From NCBI RefSeq assembly GCF_988242995.1, contig NZ_OZ547043.1: DNA of 64,000 bases; one strand, 5' to 3'. The translations under genes and the position numbers were made by a program. Below the pieces are notes generated by a model. The model did no database searches. It was not told the origin of the DNA and saw only the letters and a program-made list of their open reading frames with translations. Below, in pieces: positions 57,272 to 64,000 of this stretch (positions are counted from its first letter, which is position 1; each line of letters starts with the position of its first letter).

Positions 57272-57348
57272 TAAGAGTGTGTCGGCGGTCAATTTCCCTT
57301 AAGTAACGCCATGTTAGGGTGTTGTGTTCTGGATATCTGGGGCATGAC

Positions 57349-58620
57349 ATGGAAGACGACTGCGACATTATTATTATTGGTGCGGGTATAGCAGGCACCG
57401 CTTGTGCTTTACGCTGCGCGCGGGCAGGTTTGTCCGTTCTGTTACTGGAACGCGCTGAAATCCCCGGCAGCAAAAATCTTTCCGGCGGGCGTTTATACAC
57501 CCATGCGCTCGCGGAACTCCTCCCGCAATTTCATCTGACCGCGCCTCTTGAACGACGCATCACTCACGAAAGCCTTTCTCTGCTAACGCCGGATGGCGCA
57601 ACGACGTTTTCCAGCTTACAGCCCGGCGGTGAATCCTGGAGTGTATTACGTGCACGGTTCGATCCGTGGCTGGTTGCCGAAGCCGAAAAAGAAGGTGTCG
57701 AATGCATCCCTGGTGCGACGGTGGATGCGCTGTATGAAGAAAACGGCAGGGTGTGTGGTGTCATTTGTGGTGACGATATTCTCCGCGCCCGTTATGTGGT
57801 GCTGGCAGAAGGTGCCAACAGCGTCCTGGCTGAACGTCACGGGTTAGTGACTCGTCCTGCTGGCGAAGCGATGGCGTTGGGGATCAAAGAAGTGCTGTCG
57901 CTGGAAACATCCGCTATTGAAGAACGTTTTCATCTGGAGAATAACGAAGGCGCAGCGTTGCTGTTCAGCGGCGGGATCTGTGATGACTTACCCGGCGGCG
58001 CATTTCTTTATACTAATCAACAAACGCTCTCGTTAGGGATTGTTTGCCCGCTCTCTTCCCTTACGCAAAGTCGTGTTCCGGCAAGCGAGCTGCTGGCTCG
58101 CTTTAAAACGCATCCGGCAGTGCGCCCGCTTATCAAAAACACGGAATCACTGGAGTATGGTGCGCATCTGGTGCCAGAAGGTGGCTTGCACAGTATGCCG
58201 GTGCAATACGCCGGTAACGGCTGGCTGCTGCTGGGCGATGCGTTGCGCAGTTGCGTCAATACCGGAATTTCCGTGCGCGGCATGGATATGGCGCTAACTG
58301 GCGCGCAGGCGGCGGCACAAACGCTGATAAGCGCCTGCCAGCACCGCGAGCCGCAAAATCTGTTTCCGCTTTATCATCACAACGTCGAGCGCAGCCTGCT
58401 ATGGGATGTTCTACAACGTTATCAGCATGTTCCGGCGCTTTTGCAACGCCCTGGATGGTACCGTGCGTGGCCTGCGTTAATGCAGGATATTTCCCGCGAT
58501 TTATGGGATCAGGGTGATAAACCTGTTCCACCGCTGCGCCAGTTATTCTGGCGTCATTTACGTCGTCACGGCCTGTGGCATCTGGCGGGCGATGTTATCA
58601 GGAGTCTGCGATGTCTGTAG
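57349..58620 (+). CDS. ygcN: FixC-like electron-transfer flavoprotein-quinone oxidoreductase
   Basis: Start at MEDDCDIIIIGAGIAG (FAD-binding GxGxxG), 423 aa. Confidence 0.88.
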   Translation: MEDDCDIIIIGAGIAGTACALRCARAGLSVLLLERAEIPGSKNLSGGRLYTHALAELLPQFHLTAPLERRITHESLSLLTPDGATTFSSLQPGGESWSVLRARFDPWLVAEAEKEGVECIPGATVDALYEENGRVCGVICGDDILRARYVVLAEGANSVLAERHGLVTRPAGEAMALGIKEVLSLETSAIEERFHLENNEGAALLFSGGICDDLPGGAFLYTNQQTLSLGIVCPLSSLTQSRVPASELLARFKTHPAVRPLIKNTESLEYGAHLVPEGGLHSMPVQYAGNGWLLLGDALRSCVNTGISVRGMDMALTGAQAAAQTLISACQHREPQNLFPLYHHNVERSLLWDVLQRYQHVPALLQRPGWYRAWPALMQDISRDLWDQGDKPVPPLRQLFWRHLRRHGLWHLAGDVIRSLRCL

Positions 58621-58871
58621 CCCGTAATCTCTGGCGCGTTGCCGATGCGCCGCACATTGTTCCGGCTGACTCCGTTGAGCGCCAGACGGTACAACGGTTG
58701 ATTAACGCTTGTCCGGCTGGTCTTTTTTCGCTCACACCGGAAGGTGACTTACGCGTTGATTATCGCGGCTGCCTGGAGTGTGGCACCTGCCGTTTGCTGT
58801 GCGACGAATCAACACTACAACAGTGGCGCTATCCGCCTTCCGGATTCGGCATCACCTACCGTTTTGGATAA
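58611..58871 (+). CDS. ygcO: FixX-like ferredoxin
   Basis: Start at MSVARNLWRV (86 aa); Cys cluster CLECGTC; 10-nt overlap with ygcN. Confidence 0.85.
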   Translation: MSVARNLWRVADAPHIVPADSVERQTVQRLINACPAGLFSLTPEGDLRVDYRGCLECGTCRLLCDESTLQQWRYPPSGFGITYRFG

Positions 58872-58887
58872 ATAATAAGGATAATTT

Positions 58888-59463
58888 ATGCCCCTCTTAC
58901 ACCTGCTCCGCCAGAATCCGGTGATTGCTGCCGTTAAAGATAATGCCAGCCTGCAACTGGCAATCGACTCTGAATGCCAGTTTATTTCCGTGTTGTACGG
59001 CAATATCTGCACCATTAGTCAAATCGTTAAAAAGATTAAAAATGCCGGAAAATATGCTTTTATTCATGTTGATTTGCTGGAAGGCGCGTCAAATAAAGAA
59101 GTGGTGATTCAGTTTTTGAAACTGGTGACTGAGGCGGACGGCATTATCAGTACCAAAGCCTCAATGTTGAAAGCGGCAAGAGCGGAAGGTTTTTTCTGTA
59201 TTCATCGCCTGTTTATTGTTGATTCAATTTCGTTTCACAACATTGATAAGCAAGTTGCGCAATCGAATCCGGATTGTATTGAGATCCTGCCAGGCTGTAT
59301 GCCTAAAGTGCTGGGCTGGGTGACGGAGAAAATCCGCCAACCGCTGATTGCCGGCGGGCTGGTGTGCGATGAAGAAGATGCGCGTAATGCGATTAACGCA
59401 GGTGTCGTGGCGCTTTCCACCACAAATACCGGGGTCTGGACGCTAGCGAAAAAATTGCTTTGA
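58888..59463 (+). CDS. ygcP: GlpP-like glycerol-3-phosphate-responsive antiterminator family protein
   Basis: 191-aa ORF; synteny. Confidence 0.82.
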   Translation: MPLLHLLRQNPVIAAVKDNASLQLAIDSECQFISVLYGNICTISQIVKKIKNAGKYAFIHVDLLEGASNKEVVIQFLKLVTEADGIISTKASMLKAARAEGFFCIHRLFIVDSISFHNIDKQVAQSNPDCIEILPGCMPKVLGWVTEKIRQPLIAGGLVCDEEDARNAINAGVVALSTTNTGVWTLAKKLL

Positions 59464-59487
59464 CGGGATAATCGTAACGAATTGAAT

Positions 59488-59565
59488 TTGTGTGATTTGT
59501 AGGCTGCACGCCACATCCGACATTCAGCGCCTGATGCGACGCTTGACGCGTCTTATCAGGCTTAC
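59488..59565. repeat. REP/BIME element between ygcP and ygcQ
   Basis: GCCTGATGCGACGCTTGACGCGTCTTATCAGGCTTAC at 59529-59565, preceded by a partial inverted REP-like unit. Confidence 0.65.
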
Positions 59566-59609
59566 AAGTCCCCAAGCCAGAACCGTAGGCAGGATCATCC
59601 GGCAGCACG

Positions 59610-60470
59610 TTATTGGCAATCTGCGTGAATGGTTGTCACCAGTGCCTCCAGCACCGCTTTCCAGTCATCAACCACGCCAACATCTGCCTGTGAAAATACC
59701 GCTGCACTGGCGTCATGATTAATCGCCACCACAAACTTGCTATTGCGTACGCCCGCCATTAACGCTGCTGCGCCGGAAGCGCCAACGACAATACACACCT
59801 CAGGTGCCAGCAGATGTCCAGAAATACCAATCACTTTTTCGGCATCAACGCCACCATTCATCACTCGTGCCCGACTGTAGCCCACTTCGGCTCCCAGCTT
59901 TTCTGCCAGCATAGCGATTTCCTGGTTATCTGCCTCTCCGCCCTGCCCCACCACCAGCACCCGTCTGGCCTCAGCTAATGGGTCACGGGTAACATTTTTC
60001 AGATCCTCTGTGCTAACCAGCCAGTCGGGAAGCGCGCCGGGGACAATGTTCAGTTGCTGCATACCAGAGGGCAATGTGGCGTTTTTCACTGCTCCCGCCT
60101 GGCGGGCAAGGGAAAGGCATAGCGGGCGTTTTTCTGTTTGCAGCGTCGCCGTTAGCGCATTTCCCCAGTGGGATTTGCGCACGCTTACGGTTGAAATATC
60201 TAACGAAGTCACCTGGCAGATGCTTGCACCATGTAAACGCCAGGCCAGCCGGGTCGACAGTTCATCACCAAACGTTCCCGGCGGAAAGAGAACAACGTCC
60301 GCTGGCGTTCGCTGCCACTGTTCCACCAGCGCATCCAGCACCTGTTCCGCCACTACGGGCTGAGGTTCAATCTGCCAGTGTGCCAGGGTACAACCGCTGA
60401 AATCCTGTTCTGCCAGCCAGCTCGCTATTGCGGCATTCTCCTGATTTATTGTCACAATTGCGATATTCAT
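59610..60470 (-). CDS. ygcQ: Electron transfer flavoprotein alpha subunit (FixB-like)
   Basis: ORF 59610..60503; start taken at MNIAIVTINQ (286 aa). Confidence 0.87.
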   Translation of the reverse strand: MNIAIVTINQENAAIASWLAEQDFSGCTLAHWQIEPQPVVAEQVLDALVEQWQRTPADVVLFPPGTFGDELSTRLAWRLHGASICQVTSLDISTVSVRKSHWGNALTATLQTEKRPLCLSLARQAGAVKNATLPSGMQQLNIVPGALPDWLVSTEDLKNVTRDPLAEARRVLVVGQGGEADNQEIAMLAEKLGAEVGYSRARVMNGGVDAEKVIGISGHLLAPEVCIVVGASGAAALMAGVRNSKFVVAINHDASAAVFSQADVGVVDDWKAVLEALVTTIHADCQ

Positions 60471-61246
60471 GGCTGCATCCTTTGGCGTAAATAGTCCTGC
60501 CATAGCTTTTGCGCTTTTTCTGCTACCGTTTGCCCATCAATCAGCGTCGCTCCGCGTTGTTGCTCTGCTCTTGCCAGTTGCAGACACTGCATCGCTGGCG
60601 ATTCGGCAGCAACAGTTTTACGGATAATTGCTGCTTTCCCCGCCGCCATTCGCTGACGCATTCCCGGTACTGGCAAGGCCACTTCACCGCACTGACGCAC
60701 GGCAATCACCGCAGGCAAGCGAACCCGGCAACAGCGCAGCCCGTTTTCAGTACGCTGTTCGAGGGTGATAAACAGCGCGTCGAGAGTGAAACGCTCCACC
60801 TGGGTGAAGCAGGGCCAGCCCAGCATTTCCGCCAGCAAAAATGGCGTTTGCCCATTCTGCCCTTCGCTGCTTTGGCAGCCGGTAATTATCAGATCCAGCG
60901 GATTCTGACGCTGCCATTCGGCAATATGGCGAGCGACAAATTCCGGCGCAAAGCGCAGATCTGCCGCCGTCTCCAGTAATACAGCTTCCTCAAACCCAAG
61001 AGCCATGAGATAGCGCAGCCAGTGCAACGCCCGTTCATCCCCCATGCTCAACGCGGTTAAAGACATCGACGTACCGTTTTTTCTCTGCGTCAACAGCAGC
61101 GCGGCGGCAGCCTGTTCATCAGCACCGAGTAAACTTCGCAGAAGCGAAACATCCGGTCCGCTATTACCCTGAGCCGCCGCCTGCCACTCTTTTTCCGCCA
61201 GCATTCCGGCATCCGGTTCGGCTTTAAACGCTAACAGAATGTTCAT
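60467..61246 (-). CDS. ygcR: Electron transfer flavoprotein beta subunit (FixA-like)
   Basis: ORF 60467..61252; start at MNILLAFKAEPD (259 aa); 4-bp overlap with ygcQ. Confidence 0.87.
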   Translation of the reverse strand: MNILLAFKAEPDAGMLAEKEWQAAAQGNSGPDVSLLRSLLGADEQAAAALLLTQRKNGTSMSLTALSMGDERALHWLRYLMALGFEEAVLLETAADLRFAPEFVARHIAEWQRQNPLDLIITGCQSSEGQNGQTPFLLAEMLGWPCFTQVERFTLDALFITLEQRTENGLRCCRVRLPAVIAVRQCGEVALPVPGMRQRMAAGKAAIIRKTVAAESPAMQCLQLARAEQQRGATLIDGQTVAEKAQKLWQDYLRQRMQP

Positions 61247-62561
61247 TCGCACCTCCTACATTTCCCGCCGCCACCAGCGGGAGTGCTTTGGTTTCTGGTG
61301 CCCATAGCCAGGTCACGACAAAACCAACCAACAACACTGCCGCCAGGAGCAATAAGGTGACTTGCATTCCCCACTGCGCCAGCACCCACGGCAGCAGGCC
61401 AGTACTTACCGCCGCCCCCAACCGACTCATGGCGGTGGCAAAACCGACGCCCAGCGAGCGAATGTCAGTAGGAAAACTTTCCGCAGGCAAAATGCCCACC
61501 AGATTACTGACTGCCGAAATGGTGGTGCTGAAGAGAACAAAAAGCAGCAGCGTTAATGAACTGCCGGAAGGCAAACAGGCCATCACTACCAGCGTTGCCG
61601 CCAGCAGCAAAAAACTTCCCAGCAAAAATTTGCGATGTGCCAGCAGGTGCGTCAGAACTAATCCCAGCAGCGCGCCAACAATTAACAACGCATTAAGCAT
61701 CAGGCTGGCGGTCAGCGCATCTTCCAGACCAATAGTTTGGGCAATGGTAGGCAGCCAGGTATAAATCACAAACCATGGGATTACGAGGCAGACAAAGAAG
61801 ACGCTGTTAAACGCCGTGCGCCGCCAGTAGCGCGAAGAGAACAAGGTTTTGATGTGTTTATGGGTCGCCGTTGCCACTTCATCGCCCAGTAAAACATGGG
61901 GACCAAAATAGCGATGCACGATAGCGTGAGCTTCTGCAAAACGCCCCTGGCGCAGTAGCCAGCGTGGCGATTCTGGCGTTCCCCAGCGTAATAACGTAAT
62001 CAACAACGCGGGCAGAGCTGCCGATGCCAGCAGCCAGCGCCAGGCCTCCGGGCTTTCGCTAATAAAGTGATGTCCGGCAATACTTGCCAGCACATAGCCT
62101 ACGGTCCACACCACACTGAATGCGCCCAGCAAAATACCGCGATGGCGGCGCGGGGAAAATTCAGCCAGCAAGGTGTGACCGACTGAGTAATCGCCTCCCA
62201 GACCAATGCCGATCAAAATGCGTAGTCCAATAAGATGCTCTGGCGTGGTGGCAAAAAATTGCAAGAACGAAGCGAGCGTAATCAGCAAAAAGCTGAAGGT
62301 GAAGATTTTTTGCCGACCAATATAGTCGGAGATCCACCCCAAAACCAGGCTACCGATAAACAGGCCAAGTAGCGCCGAGCCGCCAATCATTCCCGCCATA
62401 AACGGCGTCAGTTGCATGGCGGGCGTAAGCTGAATAATGGCGTAACCAATGACGCCGAGAACATAACCGTCGGTCAGGTGCGCGCCGAAAGTGAGCGCAG
62501 CAATTCGACAGTGAAAACGGTTAAGCGGTAAATCATCCATTCGCACCGGTGAAGTGTTCAT
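61224..62561 (-). CDS. ygcS: MFS transporter
   Basis: ORF 61224..62633; start taken at MNTSPVRMDD (445 aa); polytopic membrane protein. Confidence 0.85.
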   Translation of the reverse strand: MNTSPVRMDDLPLNRFHCRIAALTFGAHLTDGYVLGVIGYAIIQLTPAMQLTPFMAGMIGGSALLGLFIGSLVLGWISDYIGRQKIFTFSFLLITLASFLQFFATTPEHLIGLRILIGIGLGGDYSVGHTLLAEFSPRRHRGILLGAFSVVWTVGYVLASIAGHHFISESPEAWRWLLASAALPALLITLLRWGTPESPRWLLRQGRFAEAHAIVHRYFGPHVLLGDEVATATHKHIKTLFSSRYWRRTAFNSVFFVCLVIPWFVIYTWLPTIAQTIGLEDALTASLMLNALLIVGALLGLVLTHLLAHRKFLLGSFLLLAATLVVMACLPSGSSLTLLLFVLFSTTISAVSNLVGILPAESFPTDIRSLGVGFATAMSRLGAAVSTGLLPWVLAQWGMQVTLLLLAAVLLVGFVVTWLWAPETKALPLVAAGNVGGANEHSVSV

Positions 62562-62654
62562 CTTTACCCCTTCATTGTCCGGTAATAAGAACGGCTTCTC
62601 GCCTGAGAAGCCGAAAAGGCAACGCTCCGTCATCGCGGAACGCTGCCTGACACA

Positions 62655-64000
62655 TTATTTTTCAATCGGATAGATAGTACCCGTATTCATAATGCCGTTA
62701 GGATCGAACTGCTTTTTCAGCCCTTCCAGCAACGCCCACGCGCTGCCGTGTTCCAGCTTGCTCCAGTGAACGCGATGTTTACCAATGCCGTGGTGGTGCA
62801 CCATCGAACCACCGAGGCGAATGGTTTCTTCGCAGATGATTTTGTTGAGCGGATTGTGGTACTTGTCGATTTCCTCTTCCGGCTTACAGTCAACGACGTT
62901 GTAGTCGTAGACGAAGTACATGTTGGTGCCGTTCTGGTAGCTATGAGAGGAGTGACCGCCCAGCATGGTGATGTCGTCGGCGTGCGGGAACTCGGTACGA
63001 ATACGGTTAATAACGCTTTCGTAGATTTCGTGGATGCAGCTCCAGCAGCCGGACACTTCGGTGGTAAAGCCCATGTTGCCGGTTTTGAGGATCTGCACAC
63101 GTTCAGCGGCCACTTTATCCGGCCCCCAGTTCAGGTGATTAAACCAGGTTTCGATCAGCTTGCTGTCCACTCGCTGGCATTGCGGGTAACGTGCCACGAT
63201 TTCCGCAATCCCTTCGCCTGTCGCCTTCGCAATGCGAGGGTTGCCTTCAGCCATAAAGATCAGCACACATTTACCATCGGCAAAATGGGTGAAGTGTTGG
63301 GTGCCATCTTCAGCGTCATACAAACGAGCGATCGACGGACGATACCCTTCCACCATGATTTCACGCAGGATGTTGAAGCCGGTTTTCATGTCTTCCAGGA
63401 TATAGCCGTAGAAGAGGTTGTTTTCCGGGGTGAACTTAAAGATTTTCACAGTTACTTCAGTGATATAGCACAATGCACCTTCGTTGCCGATGATGATGTG
63501 ACGAATGTCCGGGCCTGCCGCGCGGCGTGGTACGTTTTTAATGCGTGTTACGGTGCCATCAGCCAATACTGCTTCCAGACCAACGACCATATCTTCGATT
63601 GCGCCGTAGAGTGTGGAGAACTGCCCGATACTGCGGGTTGCTACCAGGCCGCCCATCTGCGCCAGCGGCTTTGACTGCGGAGAATGCCCCGTGGTGTAAC
63701 CTTTTTCACGCAACGCGTTTTCCAGCACTTCCAGCAGAACTCCGCATTGCGCCGTGGCCTGCATATTCTCAATATCAATATTAATGATTTGATTCATGGC
63801 AGAGCCGTCGAGCACCACCGAGTTTTCCACAACGGTTTCCAGCCCACCTTCGGTAGCGGAAGCACCGGTACGCGGCACACCGTTAATTTTGTGCGCATTC
63901 ATAAAATTCAGCACACGGGATACTTGTTCTGTGGAACCGAGTTTTACGACCGCTGCCGGAATCGGCAAAGTATAAATGCCATGAATATCCGGAAATTTGC
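62655..64000 (-). CDS. ygcU: FAD-linked oxidoreductase, C-terminal part; 5' end lies beyond the window
   Basis: Open frame from 62655 to the window edge; FAD-binding oxidase-like translation; synteny. Confidence 0.85.
   Translation of the reverse strand, partial: KFPDIHGIYTLPIPAAVVKLGSTEQVSRVLNFMNAHKINGVPRTGASATEGGLETVVENSVVLDGSAMNQIINIDIENMQATAQCGVLLEVLENALREKGYTTGHSPQSKPLAQMGGLVATRSIGQFSTLYGAIEDMVVGLEAVLADGTVTRIKNVPRRAAGPDIRHIIIGNEGALCYITEVTVKIFKFTPENNLFYGYILEDMKTGFNILREIMVEGYRPSIARLYDAEDGTQHFTHFADGKCVLIFMAEGNPRIAKATGEGIAEIVARYPQCQRVDSKLIETWFNHLNWGPDKVAAERVQILKTGNMGFTTEVSGCWSCIHEIYESVINRIRTEFPHADDITMLGGHSSHSYQNGTNMYFVYDYNVVDCKPEEEIDKYHNPLNKIICEETIRLGGSMVHHHGIGKHRVHWSKLEHGSAWALLEGLKKQFDPNGIMNTGTIYPIEK

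Noticed and set aside
62748-63674. 308-aa plus-strand ORF
   Set aside because: Antisense to ygcU

Overview
This window is an Escherichia coli-type chromosomal segment, syntenic with the K-12 ascF-ygcU region but not K-12 itself. I identified genes by reading the supplied ORF translations against remembered protein sequences; no database search was run. Conserved core content: ascFB, the complete hyc operon (hycA-I, minus strand), hypABCDE-fhlA, ygbA, mutS, pphB, ygbI-N, nlpD, pcm, surE, truD, ispFD, ftsB, ygbE, cysCND, iap, cysHIJ, queD and ygcNOPQRSU. Accessory or strain-variable content stands out against that backbone: (1) a HigB/HigA-like toxin-antitoxin pair between ascB and hycI; (2) a di-TOBE molbindin gene between fhlA and ygbA; (3) a UbiX/UbiD-type decarboxylase operon plus divergent MarR-family regulator between ygbN and rpoS; (4) a complete type I-E CRISPR-Cas locus (cas3, cse1, cse2, cas7, cas5, cas6e, cas1, cas2, leader, 20 repeats and 19 spacers) whose effector proteins and repeat differ from the K-12 versions I remember; (5) a Hok-family type I toxin ORF between cas3 and cysH that is too short for the ORF track. 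The most consequential single observation is that rpoS is broken by an apparent 1-nt deletion, splitting it into 82-codon and 237-codon ORFs in different frames. I did not find a system that looks genuinely undescribed; every island belongs to a known family, and the findings rank what most deserves follow-up.
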